Under the pieces are notes generated by a model. It worked only from the letters and a program-made list of their open reading frames with translations. It was not told the DNA's origin and searched no databases. The position numbers were made by a program, and so were the translations under genes. A stretch of DNA of 64,000 nt from Clostridia bacterium (GTDB lineage: Bacteria; Bacillota; Clostridia; Oscillospirales; Acutalibacteraceae). The stretch lies in contig JAFWUH010000048.1 of NCBI GenBank assembly GCA_017524165.1, positions 4,359 to 68,358 on the forward strand, written 5' to 3'. How positions within the stretch are numbered: position 1 is the stretch's first letter; each line of letters opens with the position of its first letter. Of this stretch, positions 46,442-56,337 are shown piece after piece.

Positions 46442-46485
46442 AGCGGTTGTCATCCTTTATGGATGACAACCGCTCTTTATTTTTT
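46442..46485. terminator. Bidirectional terminator between the regulator gene and the end of operon B
   Basis: Perfect 14-bp stem AGCGGTTGTCATCC / GGATGACAACCGCT with loop TTTAT, then CTTTATTTTTT on the plus strand and TTGGCTTTTAAT on the minus strand. Confidence 0.75.
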
Positions 46486-46490
46486 ACCAA

Positions 46491-49400
46491 TTACTCTTTT
46501 TTCTTTTTGAAGAGTAAAAAGCCAAGCACGCCGGCCGCAATCACGGTTACGCCCAAAGCGATTCCGGTCGCAATGACCGCGCGAACCAAGCCCTTCGGGA
46601 ATGCCGATAAGGCCTCGGCACGAAGACCGCCGTTCAACTTATTACCGACATTCTTGCCCGGCACGACGCTGCCGCCGATGCTGATGGTTTGACCGCCGGT
46701 TGCGGTTGCACTCTGTACCCCTGCTGTGGTGACCTGCAGATTATCCAGATTGATGACGCAATCCGGAGATCCGGGCTCTGCGCCGATGAAGTAGATACGG
46801 AAATAATTCATTGCTTTGTTATTCAGTCCGCCGCGCGCCTGATTCTGCGGTTTATCCAAATTAAAGCAGAAATGGTACCATTTATTTCCAACATCGCCGG
46901 CATTGAAATCTGCCGCCAGTTCGGGGCAAGCCGTCAGGATGGTAGACTTCATGTAACGGTTGGACTCAACATCGCAGGTGCCCGAGGAGGTCAATTCGAC
47001 CATCCATCCGGTTGTCGTGTTAAGGAAGGTAATATCCGAAAGGAACAGATCGAATTGCAGATAGTGATAATCCGAAATATCAATCGGCTTTGCCGGACGG
47101 TAAACGAGTTCTTTCAGAATACCGTTCTTCGCCGTAACGGTAATGGAAGCGTCACCCTCGGTTTTATTGTTTTTATCCGGCATAACTTCCTGACCGGAAG
47201 CCGACCAACCCGCCGCGCTGTCCGCGTTGTTGATGATCAGGTAATCCTTGGTACGGATCACATCGGGTTGTTTCTCACCCTTTGTGAATTTCATGTTATC
47301 AAACTTCACGGTGTAATCCGGCGTACCCTCTTTTACTTGAACAGAGTAGAAACGGAAATAGTCAAATCCGGTCTTATCCAAACCGCCCTTGACAGAAGCG
47401 TGCGGACGATCCAGATTCAGCTTGAAGTGATACCACTTGTTTCCGCCCTTGCCGCTTTCAACATCATCCGCAAACGAGGGGGAAGCTTCCAACATGGACG
47501 ACTTGGTGTACCGGTTGGATTCCTTGTCACAAACCCCGGCGGAGGTCAACTCAAACATGGTGCCCTCGCAGGCTTTAAACCAAGACAAATGAGAGAAGAA
47601 GACATCGAATTCCAAATACTGATAATCCGAAATATCCAACGCTGCTTTCGGTTCGAAAGAAATTTGCTTTAATACGCCGCCTTTAGCAACTGCGGAAATA
47701 GAACTGTTTCCTTCTGTTTTTTGTGCAAAATCCATGGAAACGGTCGTTCCGGAGGCTTTCCAGCAGGAGTCAGTTTCGGCATTGGTCATCCACACCGAGT
47801 TATCGTCGATCTTCTTACCGTAGGAAAGATCCGGAGAAATCACATTGCCGCCATTGTTGCCCTCTCCATTGGTGCCTTCGCGGGTAAACTTCATATTATC
47901 CAAGCGAACATCAAAATCTGATGTAGTTTGCGGAGCGCCGATCGCGAAGAAGCGGAAATAGTTCAATTTTTGGGCATTCAAACCACCGCGTGCGGTTGTT
48001 TGCGGAGCAGCCAATTTCAATTTAACATGATACCAGCCCGGTTGCGTAGAACCTGCCACACCTGCCGAATAGAGTTCCGGCACATTGTCGCGCAGATAAC
48101 CCTTCATATAACGGTTGGATTCGTTATCCGAAGATCCGGAAGAGGTCAACTCGAACATGATGCTTTCCGAAGTATTGAACCATTCCATATTTGAAGTATA
48201 TAAATCAAATTCCAAATAATCGTAGGAAGAGACATCTAACGAAGTACCCGGAGAATAGACCAACTGCTTCAACACACCCTTCGGTGCCGTAGTACCGACA
48301 GAGGCTTTTCCCTGTGTAAAGAGCGCGGTATCGTTTTGAACGGTAGAGCCGGAAGAACTCCAACCGTTTTTATTTTCAGCATCGTTGAACCACATATTGC
48401 CGTTTTTATCCAAGCTTCCCGGCGTGGTATCTTCGATCGCCTCGGCATACACATCCGTTTCACTGCCGGGTGTCGGCAATGTATCGGCACGCAAGGTCAT
48501 TGCGTCAAAGAGCACGATACCATTTTGATTATCCTCTACGCAGATTTGTAAATCCGCCAAGGTCTTCAAAATCGTAGTACTGTCGGGCAAAACCTTGCCC
48601 TCTGCATTCACCAAACGCTTGAAGTTAAAGGTGTATTGCTGATAGTCGCCGGCGTTGATTTCATAAGCCGTTGACAGCGAAGATCCGGTCACCGCGGTTG
48701 CATAGAAGGTTTCGCCTCCCGCAACCAGTCGAACCGACAGTTTCTTCGCGCGAACATCCGGGTTCTTCGCATAAAGCGAAATACCGGTATAGTGCTGATA
48801 CTGTTTGATCATTCCGCCGTAGTTCAAGACCGGCGCGAGCACTGCGGTGTCTGTACCGCTGATCTCATAGGAGAGTTTTGCCGCGGCAATACCCTCATAA
48901 CGGCTTTCCGCATCGGCTGTAACAACCGCATTCGCAGAAGTGCTGAAGGTCGGCTTGAATCCGGCGTCCAAAGAAGTCAACGCTTCCCATGTTGTGGCAC
49001 TGTCGCAGTAGCCCCAATCGGTTGAAAGATCATAGATTGACGCCACTTTGTCACTGCGATAAGGAACTGCAGGAATGCCCAACGAGTTTGCCAAATTGGC
49101 AACCATGTTGAAGGAGGACCATGCATAGGTCACCGCAACCGGTGCGGCAACGGCGTCACTCCAAACCTCTACGGTATTCGGCGAGGTGATCTTGGCATTT
49201 GCTTTGACAAAAACGCGGGAAGCGTCCGCAACAGCAAAGCCATGCAAGGTATCAGATGAATCATTGATCTTTAAGGTGTCGCCGACATTCTTAAAGGTCA
49301 AAACCGCTTTGTTGCCGTTCATTTGAACCGAAGCAACACTCGGTGCGGTAAATCCGTCGGCATTGCCGACGCCGTATACCCCGGCAAGTACCGCCGCCGC

Positions 49401-52400
49401 AAAACGGTCGGCAACATCTTTCTTGCTGTTGGGGTGGATCGGGTCGGGGTTATTGATCGGTGGATCTTTATATTGCAGGGACAAATCGTAAATCGGGATT
49501 TGGATCAACTTCGAGGATGATTTTTCGGCAACACGATTCAACATTTCAGCAAAGGTTGCCAAAACCGTAGTATAATCGTTTGCACGGATGCTGGCGTTGT
49601 TATAGGGCGCCAGATGTGCACAGACAAACGGCATATTACCGTTTTCAAAGCCGAAAAGTTTGCTGTAAGAGTCGATCAATCCGTCTAACGCATATTCATA
49701 GAAAGTATTATACCCGTCTTCGTCGGCATACTTGACATTGCTTTCGCCCTGATACCAAAGGACGCCGCTGATTTCCACACCGGCAAGCGGCGCGATTTTC
49801 GCGTTAAATAAGGTAGTCAAATAGGTCCAGTTAGAGGTCGTTTGATCCAACTGTTCCGCGGTTTTATAGATACCGCGACTCTGCAGAACGCTCTTGACCT
49901 GCGGCGTATTTTCAATAACCTCCCGCGGCATCCACGATTCAATGACCGATGCGCCCTTGGCGGTATTGAGGAACCCGACCGGGACATTCAACTGTTGCTG
50001 CAGTTCTAAAGACATATAATAGGCAATTGCGGAGATATATTTTACATCGACCGCGTTGGAGCCGTCCGCCCACTTGGCGCCTTCAATTTCACGAACCGGA
50101 GAAGAAGGCAGAATCGCCGTTACACCGCCCGGAACCAACGGAATATCAAAGAAGCGTACCTTTTCATTGAGCGGGATCAGAGAATAATCGTAATCCTTGA
50201 TCGTTTGCAACACGAAATATTCCATGTTGGACTGACCTGCGGCAAGCCACAATTCACCGATCAGAATATTCTCGATCGTTTCGGTCAATTTATCTTCGAC
50301 ATAAATTTTAATGGTATACGGGGTATACCCACCGGCGCGAGCAGCAAAAGCCAAAGAGAAACTGCCATCGCTCTGTGAAACGGTATTGACTGTCTCCAAA
50401 ACATTTGTGCCGTCCGACAATTCGGCTTTAATATTCTGTCCCGCCGTCTCCACATTACCGAAAACATTCATCGGCTTGTTTTGTTGGAACATCATGCCGT
50501 TGCTGAAGTAGGAAGAAACGATATGTTCCTCTTTCAAATTGGTGATCGCAATATCTTCAATGCGGACATTAAAGGTATCATCACCCGCGGCACGGCTGTA
50601 GAAACGGAAATAATTAATGTTGGCAAGATTCAAGCCGTTATCGTTCGCCGCATTGGAAATCAACAACTTTAAGTTGTTCCAACCGGACTTCAAGCCGAGC
50701 TTCGGCACCGACCAGTTAGCTTCCTGCTTATCGCAATTTCCCGAGGAGGTCAATTCGATCTGACCTTCATTGGTGAATTCCAGAATATTGTCACTACCGT
50801 CGGTGTTTTCAATATAAATCCGCATGGTCAAATACAGTTCATTCTTCTGATAAGCTGATAAATCCAGCGAGAACTGGTTCAGCACAAAGGAGAAGGTGCC
50901 GGTAGTATTGTTCTTCTGCATACTGCCCGGGATCTGCCAAACGCCCTCCTGCGATACCTCGGACGGCTGACCTTCGCTCAAAACCGCAATGACATTGTCA
51001 ATTTTAAAGATGGCATCCGGCAAGGTGGTATCCAACGGTGTAGTCGGCAGTGTATAGAAACAGAAGGTCTTGAAGTTAGTCAAATTGACCTTGCTGTCAG
51101 ACGGCACTTCCACCGATGCATGATACCAGTTGTTCCCGCTTTCGGTGATGGTCATATCCGAAAGGGTGAACCGTTCGGTCTGACTGCCGTCACCGATTTC
51201 AACGCCGATATAGTTTTCATAAGACGATTGGATGGCGTCCCACATTTTAAAGGAAGCGTCATTATTTTTAAAGCATTGAAAATCAAATTCAAACTGATGG
51301 TATTTGGATAGATCCAAACCGGAAGTATCGGTATAAGTTAATTTTCTCAACGCGCCGTAACCGGTGTAAACATAAACCGAATTTCCGTTCAAACCGGAGG
51401 TGTTCAGTTGCATATTCGCCGCATTGCCCGAATAAGACCAACCATCCAACGAATTACAGTCACTGACGGTAATGGATTCGTCCACCACCACATTTTCCTT
51501 ATCAAAATGCGCTACCAAATTATCCAAACGATAGATCGCCGTATTGACCGACTGATCTAATGTTGCCGTCGTATTCGTATAAACCGAGAACGAAGCAAAT
51601 TTAGAAAGATCAAGCTTTCCGGTTGAGGAAGTGGGATCCAAAGCGTTGATGGAAACATGATACCAACAATTTCCAAGTGCTTCCACCTTCCACTTGTTCA
51701 AACCGTAGGTGGCGGTCACGGTACCGTCGGAAATTTCGACTGCGATTTTATCGCTGTATGCCGCTGTGACCTCACTCCACATATCGTAGGCAGTGTCGTT
51801 CTGCTTCATACACATCATGTCAAATTCCAAGGTGTTATATTTAGACAGATCGACCTTATCCGAAAAGGTCATTTTACGCAATGCGCCGTAACCGGTATAA
51901 ATATTAATGGCACTATTGGTCATACCGTTGGTAGAAATGCCGACATTTCCAATGTTGCCGCCGTATCCCCAGCCGGTCAGATCCTCACACTGAGAAAGAA
52001 CCAAATCGTCCGTTTCCTGCGGAACTTCGGGTTCCTCCTCTTCGGAACGAAGGTTGTGCGCCACAATGTTATCCAGACGAAGGTGACCGTTGCGTACCGA
52101 AGCGCTGACTCCGCCATCTTTGGTGGAAAAATGGAAAACGGTCATTTTGGTCATATCAAAACTGCCGGTTGTGCTCGACGGATCGTCCAAATTGATCGAG
52201 AAATGATACCACAACGGGCTTTCGGTATTCTGCGCCACCGTCATTTTAGACAGACGGTAAACATTATAATCCGTTGCAGAAGAACCGATTTTGACATAAA
52301 CATCGTCATTATAAGTGGTCTTGATTTCATCCCACATACCGGCATTACCGCCCGTGTGCATCATAACATCCCATTCGATGTTCTGATAGGGAGAAATATC

Positions 52401-52655
52401 TAACGGCGTTGCCGCAGTGTAATCGCAATCGCGAAAGGCGCCACTGTTGATATCGCAGGCTATGGCACTGCCGGTGCGGCCGTTCGCATTGATTGCCAAA
52501 TTATTGCCGGAGGTTTTGGTCCATCCGGTTAAATTTTCACAATCACTGATAGTTAATGTATTCGGCAAATCATCCGTTGCCCATGCAGGGATCATGGTGA
52601 GCCCGGACAGAACAATGGCAATTGCACAAATAATCGCTATGACTCTTTTATTCAT
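46491..52655 (-). CDS. 2054-aa cell-surface multi-module protein: signal peptide, 3 type-A modules, 1 type-C module, SASA/DUF303-type SGNH esterase, further beta-sandwiches, 3 type-B modules, C-terminal TM anchor
   Basis: AGGAGG SD. Signal peptide MNKRVIAIICAIAIVLSGLTMIPAWA. Esterase motifs GELWLAAGQSNMEY, LWYQGESN and DPIHP. C-terminal LVRAVIATGIALGVTVIAAGVLGFLLFKKKKE. Confidence 0.85.
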   Translation of the reverse strand: MNKRVIAIICAIAIVLSGLTMIPAWATDDLPNTLTISDCENLTGWTKTSGNNLAINANGRTGSAIACDINSGAFRDCDYTAATPLDISPYQNIEWDVMMHTGGNAGMWDEIKTTYNDDVYVKIGSSATDYNVYRLSKMTVAQNTESPLWYHFSINLDDPSSTTGSFDMTKMTVFHFSTKDGGVSASVRNGHLRLDNIVAHNLRSEEEEPEVPQETDDLVLSQCEDLTGWGYGGNIGNVGISTNGMTNSAINIYTGYGALRKMTFSDKVDLSKYNTLEFDMMCMKQNDTAYDMWSEVTAAYSDKIAVEISDGTVTATYGLNKWKVEALGNCWYHVSINALDPTSSTGKLDLSKFASFSVYTNTTATLDQSVNTAIYRLDNLVAHFDKENVVVDESITVSDCNSLDGWSYSGNAANMQLNTSGLNGNSVYVYTGYGALRKLTYTDTSGLDLSKYHQFEFDFQCFKNNDASFKMWDAIQSSYENYIGVEIGDGSQTERFTLSDMTITESGNNWYHASVEVPSDSKVNLTNFKTFCFYTLPTTPLDTTLPDAIFKIDNVIAVLSEGQPSEVSQEGVWQIPGSMQKNNTTGTFSFVLNQFSLDLSAYQKNELYLTMRIYIENTDGSDNILEFTNEGQIELTSSGNCDKQEANWSVPKLGLKSGWNNLKLLISNAANDNGLNLANINYFRFYSRAAGDDTFNVRIEDIAITNLKEEHIVSSYFSNGMMFQQNKPMNVFGNVETAGQNIKAELSDGTNVLETVNTVSQSDGSFSLAFAARAGGYTPYTIKIYVEDKLTETIENILIGELWLAAGQSNMEYFVLQTIKDYDYSLIPLNEKVRFFDIPLVPGGVTAILPSSPVREIEGAKWADGSNAVDVKYISAIAYYMSLELQQQLNVPVGFLNTAKGASVIESWMPREVIENTPQVKSVLQSRGIYKTAEQLDQTTSNWTYLTTLFNAKIAPLAGVEISGVLWYQGESNVKYADEDGYNTFYEYALDGLIDSYSKLFGFENGNMPFVCAHLAPYNNASIRANDYTTVLATFAEMLNRVAEKSSSKLIQIPIYDLSLQYKDPPINNPDPIHPNSKKDVADRFAAAVLAGVYGVGNADGFTAPSVASVQMNGNKAVLTFKNVGDTLKINDSSDTLHGFAVADASRVFVKANAKITSPNTVEVWSDAVAAPVAVTYAWSSFNMVANLANSLGIPAVPYRSDKVASIYDLSTDWGYCDSATTWEALTSLDAGFKPTFSTSANAVVTADAESRYEGIAAAKLSYEISGTDTAVLAPVLNYGGMIKQYQHYTGISLYAKNPDVRAKKLSVRLVAGGETFYATAVTGSSLSTAYEINAGDYQQYTFNFKRLVNAEGKVLPDSTTILKTLADLQICVEDNQNGIVLFDAMTLRADTLPTPGSETDVYAEAIEDTTPGSLDKNGNMWFNDAENKNGWSSSGSTVQNDTALFTQGKASVGTTAPKGVLKQLVYSPGTSLDVSSYDYLEFDLYTSNMEWFNTSESIMFELTSSGSSDNESNRYMKGYLRDNVPELYSAGVAGSTQPGWYHVKLKLAAPQTTARGGLNAQKLNYFRFFAIGAPQTTSDFDVRLDNMKFTREGTNGEGNNGGNVISPDLSYGKKIDDNSVWMTNAETDSCWKASGTTVSMDFAQKTEGNSSISAVAKGGVLKQISFEPKAALDISDYQYLEFDVFFSHLSWFKACEGTMFELTSAGVCDKESNRYTKSSMLEASPSFADDVESGKGGNKWYHFKLNLDRPHASVKGGLDKTGFDYFRFYSVQVKEGTPDYTVKFDNMKFTKGEKQPDVIRTKDYLIINNADSAAGWSASGQEVMPDKNNKTEGDASITVTAKNGILKELVYRPAKPIDISDYHYLQFDLFLSDITFLNTTTGWMVELTSSGTCDVESNRYMKSTILTACPELAADFNAGDVGNKWYHFCFNLDKPQNQARGGLNNKAMNYFRIYFIGAEPGSPDCVINLDNLQVTTAGVQSATATGGQTISIGGSVVPGKNVGNKLNGGLRAEALSAFPKGLVRAVIATGIALGVTVIAAGVLGFLLFKKKKE
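46728..48407 (-). repeat. Three tandem type-B CBM-like modules (about 175 aa each)
   Basis: Shared motifs GVLKQ-[LI], S-x-Y-x-YLEFD, MFELTS-[SA]-G-x-x-D-x-ESNRY-x-K, WYH-[VF]-K, NYFR-[FI]/DYFRFY and DNMKFT. Confidence 0.7.
49371..50267 (-). other. SASA/DUF303-type (sialate O-acetylesterase-like, SGNH) carbohydrate esterase domain
   Basis: GQSNM encoded at 50223-50237 (checked against the nucleotides). LWYQGESN. D-P-I-H (DxxH) near the domain end. Confidence 0.7.
50979..52556 (-). repeat. Three tandem type-A CBM-like modules
   Basis: Modules begin DCENLTGW, QCEDLTGW and DCNSLDGW. They share TGYGALRK-[ML]-T, DLSKY-x-x-[LF]-EFD, WYH and [IY]-[YF]-[RK]-[LI]-DN-[LV]-[VI]-A. Confidence 0.7.
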
Positions 52656-52670
52656 TTTGTCCTCCTACCC

Positions 52671-53501
52671 TCACGAGCGTTTATTCTTACGAACAAACAA
52701 GATAATCATCACAACAATGACAGCCACAACAACCGCTGATACAGCAATTTCAACAATCAGGAGTGTTTTCAACTGACCGCTCAGCGCCGCGTTGGTGTCT
52801 TCTCTTTTTACCACATAAACGCTGGCTTCCTCTGACTCTTTCGTGTTCTCTGTTTTACTGGCATCCTTTTCTTCCTCTTCAACCGCCGGTTTATAGTTAG
52901 AAGGATTATTGGTAAAACGCATATTGTCGATACGAACGGTATAATCCGGCGTCGTGGTGATCGGATCTACCGTATAAAAACGGAAGTAGTTAAAATTGGC
53001 TTTATCTAATTTTCCGTTTGCCGTTCCCTGCGGGTTATCCAATTCAAATACAAAGTGCCACCAGTTTTGCCGGTCTTCGATCGAACCGGTTGAGAACAGA
53101 TTCTTCAACACTTTTTTCATGTAACGGTTGGATTCCTTATCGCAGGTGCCCGAGGAGGTCAACTCAAACATGACCGAACCGCACTCGGTAAACCAGGTGA
53201 TATCGCTGAAATAAATATCAAATTCCAAATAGGAATACTTGGAAGCGTCCAACGGACTTTCCGGTGTATAAACCAGCTGGTTCAACTTGCCGTTGATGGC
53301 TGTTGCGCCAATCGAACCGGTTCCCTCGGTGCAATTTGATCCGTCGGTTTCCAACGCATCCATACCCTGACTGTTTGCCGCCCAATTGGCGGAACTGTCG
53401 CAATTATTTACGATCAGATCATCGGTACCCTCGGCAAATGCCGGCATACCGAGTGAAAAGATCAGGAGTATCACAGTTAAAAATACCGTAAACTGTTTCA
53501 T
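52671..53501 (-). CDS. 276-aa surface protein: signal peptide, one type-B CBM-like module, acidic linker, C-terminal TM anchor
   Basis: GGAGGAAAAA SD. Signal peptide MKQFTVFLTVILLIFSLGMPAFA. Module motifs KYSYLEFD, MFELTSSGTCDKESNRYMK, NWWHF, NYFRFY and DNMRFT. TM LLIVEIAVSAVVVAVIVVMIILFV followed by RKNKRS (nt 52692-52763). Confidence 0.85.
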   Translation of the reverse strand: MKQFTVFLTVILLIFSLGMPAFAEGTDDLIVNNCDSSANWAANSQGMDALETDGSNCTEGTGSIGATAINGKLNQLVYTPESPLDASKYSYLEFDIYFSDITWFTECGSVMFELTSSGTCDKESNRYMKKVLKNLFSTGSIEDRQNWWHFVFELDNPQGTANGKLDKANFNYFRFYTVDPITTTPDYTVRIDNMRFTNNPSNYKPAVEEEEKDASKTENTKESEEASVYVVKREDTNAALSGQLKTLLIVEIAVSAVVVAVIVVMIILFVRKNKRS

Positions 53502-53519
53502 TTGTTTTTCCTCCGAAAC

Positions 53520-56327
53520 TCAGGACCACCAGGTTGCATTTTCGGTAACCTTGGCGCCGGTGTTTTTCATGGTGATCTTTGCGCCGTCGACCGGTGCCAT
53601 AAAGGCAAGCTCCTGACGGCAAATATTGGCATTCAACATAACTTTCGCACCGTTTTCCGCACGAACCTGACAGGCCTTGGGCGGCAACATAACCGATCCG
53701 TAATACACTTCGCCGCCGGTTGCCGTTAACAGATACGGCGTGCTGTCCATGTTGAAATAAGAAAGCTGACTGATGACCAATCTGCCACCGCACATTTTAA
53801 TGGATTCCGGTTTCGGTTGCGCCCACATCATGGAGTTGTAAAGAGCTACGGTACCGCGTACCGATTCCTTCATCAAAATGTGGTTCATATCCTTGTCGCC
53901 GTTCATGGAAACCAATTCTGCATTGATAAATTCGACCACATCGGCGTCCTCTACTACCAAAGCGTTTCGGCATCCGTCCGAGCCGTGACCGATCACGGTA
54001 CTGTTCAAACCGCCCTTGCCCTGTGAAACGAGGACCAACAAACGATTCGCGCCGTAAGCGAAGTTTCCTAACATATGTTCAGATTTGTTATCGCCGAAAA
54101 TGAAAACATCGAGGGTCTCGTTGATGACATTATTCAATTCGGTTTCTCCGGTAGCCGGTTTTTGGGAAAGCGCCGCGCGTTTCCAGTAGTGCGGGTTGAA
54201 CTGACAGTTTTCCACCCATCCGTTGCTGTCATTATTGCCGACAAACATGCCTTTGACCAACGGTGCGCCACTGCAATAATTGATGTAGTGTCCCGCCGAA
54301 GGATTGGTTGCAAAATCCATGGCCTGATAAGAGTTAATGAAAACGCTGTTGATCGCCCAGCAGTTTTTACCCAAAGAACGAACGGTCCACGGATACGGAA
54401 TGAAATCGGTATAAGACTGTTCCGGATAGTAGAACGAAATGCCGTTGATACCGGAGCCCTCCTGCAAGCTGACAAACGGCTCGCCGTTGGCATTGCCTTT
54501 GCCAAGGGTGGTAAAGATGACCGAACCCTTGGTTACACTGTGCGTCGGTACATTGTAGACGCCGCGCAATTCCACACCGGTCGGAATAACCAGATTTTTA
54601 TTGACGGTATATTCCCCGCCCGGGACATAAACGATACCGCCTGTTTTTTCCGCGGCGGCGATCGCGTCCAAAAATGCCTGTGTACTGTCCGCACCGCTCT
54701 TGGCGCCAAAATCCACAACATTGTAAACATTGGTGGAAGAGGCGGTCGGGATACTGCGGCGATAAACATGCAATCTTCCGCTTGTTACCGGCAGATTCAA
54801 CGGTGTATGATCAATTTTTACAAAGGATGCTTTGTAACTGTCATATTTAATGTCCGGCTTGTTACCGTCGAAGGTACAACCCATGATCGAAAGACCGCCG
54901 CATTCTTCGGAGAATTGAAGATGCTTGGACTTTCCTGCAAAGGAGCATTGCTGAACGCTGGCACTGCCCTTATACATAGTAAAGGCGTAGTTGCCTTGTT
55001 TCCAATCGGAAAAATGACTGTTTAATACGGTCAAATGTCCGGTGCCGTGACAAGCAAACTGTTGTTTGATCGTACCCGAAACGGTCAGATTCTGGAAATC
55101 ACAGCTTGCCGTAAATCCCGCGTTCAGCAAAACGCCGAAAGCACATTTATCGGTTCCCTTAATATTGATATCACTGAACACACAACCGATATCGTTGGTG
55201 GCTTGAATATCAATACCGATATTACAATCGTTCAAATTCACATTACAGTACTGTGCGTTGGCAGCTCTCTTTTCATTATTAAAGATTTGACGGATCGCAC
55301 AGTAAATGCCGTCGGCATGGAAATCGTAAATATATTCCCAGTCGGAACGCTGCATCCAAAGACCGACCGCATAATTAAACATATAATCACGCAAAACAGC
55401 GTCGTCTTCCTTGCTGAACGGGAACATGGTATTTTTCAAATAATAATCAGGTGAAAGATGAATGCCTTCCAAACGACCGATATCGGTAACATTATCAATC
55501 ATGATCGCGTTATTGAAGGCTGTAATATAGAGGTTTTTCAGATAGTGCAATTCACTCCAGGAAACATTGCCCTGATAGCCGTTCCAACAACCTGCGATGG
55601 TGGTATTCATCACGGTGAAGCTATCACCGCCGGCCTCTTGAATGGTCGCCGGATATTTTGCAACCTCTTCCGCCGTCTGGTCGGGGTAGATAATGGTCAC
55701 ATTACGCAATCCGGAGCCTGCCGCCATCTTGATAAAGGGCGAACCGCTTTCTCTGCCGCGGAATTTGCTCTTGACCACCATCACCGTGCCGCAGCTGCCG
55801 ACCGGCGCTTCGTCCGGGCTGACCCATTCCCCGCGCAGAGTGACACCGGCAGGAATCTGGAAGGTGTTTTCACAGAGGTAAATGCCTTCGGGCATATATA
55901 CCACGCCGCCGCCCGCTGCCGAGGCTTTCATCAAGGCGCGCTGAATGGCGGAGGTTGCATCCTTGGTGCCGTCAATGCAAGCATTGAAGTCTTCCACCAC
56001 ATTGTAAATTGCCACGCAAACGCCGGTGCCGTCATCATATTGAACATCCACGGCATACGGTTCACCGGCTTTTCTCTTGCCCGCTTCTGCTTTTTTCGGA
56101 AGGATTACCGGCGTGTCATCGTCGATAAAATTCAATCCGGAAAGGAATTCGTTACCTTGAATGTTCTCCGGTACGGCGACCTTATTTACCGCTTCGGTCG
56201 GATAGGCAAAGCTATGCTTTAAATTACCGAACGATATTGTCTGTTTTTGCTGTTTCTCTCCACAGCCGCCGAGAACACTCACCAGTAGGACTACGCATAA
56301 AATCAGGACTGATAATCTGATTTTCAT
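53520..56327 (-). CDS. 935-aa lipoprotein with two tandem right-handed beta-helix domains (paralog of 23835..27557)
   Basis: Lipobox LLVSVLGGCGEKQ. TSAIQRALMKASAAGGGVVYMPEGIYLCENTFQIPAGVTLRGEW and YNVVDFGAKSGADSTQAFLDAIAAAEKTGGIVYVPGGEYTVNKNLVIPTGVELRG. Long blocks near-identical to the paralog (FIPYPWTVRSLGKNCWAINSVFINSY, VGNNDSNGWVENCQFNPHYWKRA). Confidence 0.8.
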   Translation of the reverse strand: MKIRLSVLILCVVLLVSVLGGCGEKQQKQTISFGNLKHSFAYPTEAVNKVAVPENIQGNEFLSGLNFIDDDTPVILPKKAEAGKRKAGEPYAVDVQYDDGTGVCVAIYNVVEDFNACIDGTKDATSAIQRALMKASAAGGGVVYMPEGIYLCENTFQIPAGVTLRGEWVSPDEAPVGSCGTVMVVKSKFRGRESGSPFIKMAAGSGLRNVTIIYPDQTAEEVAKYPATIQEAGGDSFTVMNTTIAGCWNGYQGNVSWSELHYLKNLYITAFNNAIMIDNVTDIGRLEGIHLSPDYYLKNTMFPFSKEDDAVLRDYMFNYAVGLWMQRSDWEYIYDFHADGIYCAIRQIFNNEKRAANAQYCNVNLNDCNIGIDIQATNDIGCVFSDINIKGTDKCAFGVLLNAGFTASCDFQNLTVSGTIKQQFACHGTGHLTVLNSHFSDWKQGNYAFTMYKGSASVQQCSFAGKSKHLQFSEECGGLSIMGCTFDGNKPDIKYDSYKASFVKIDHTPLNLPVTSGRLHVYRRSIPTASSTNVYNVVDFGAKSGADSTQAFLDAIAAAEKTGGIVYVPGGEYTVNKNLVIPTGVELRGVYNVPTHSVTKGSVIFTTLGKGNANGEPFVSLQEGSGINGISFYYPEQSYTDFIPYPWTVRSLGKNCWAINSVFINSYQAMDFATNPSAGHYINYCSGAPLVKGMFVGNNDSNGWVENCQFNPHYWKRAALSQKPATGETELNNVINETLDVFIFGDNKSEHMLGNFAYGANRLLVLVSQGKGGLNSTVIGHGSDGCRNALVVEDADVVEFINAELVSMNGDKDMNHILMKESVRGTVALYNSMMWAQPKPESIKMCGGRLVISQLSYFNMDSTPYLLTATGGEVYYGSVMLPPKACQVRAENGAKVMLNANICRQELAFMAPVDGAKITMKNTGAKVTENATWWS

Positions 56328-56337
56328 CTGCTACACC

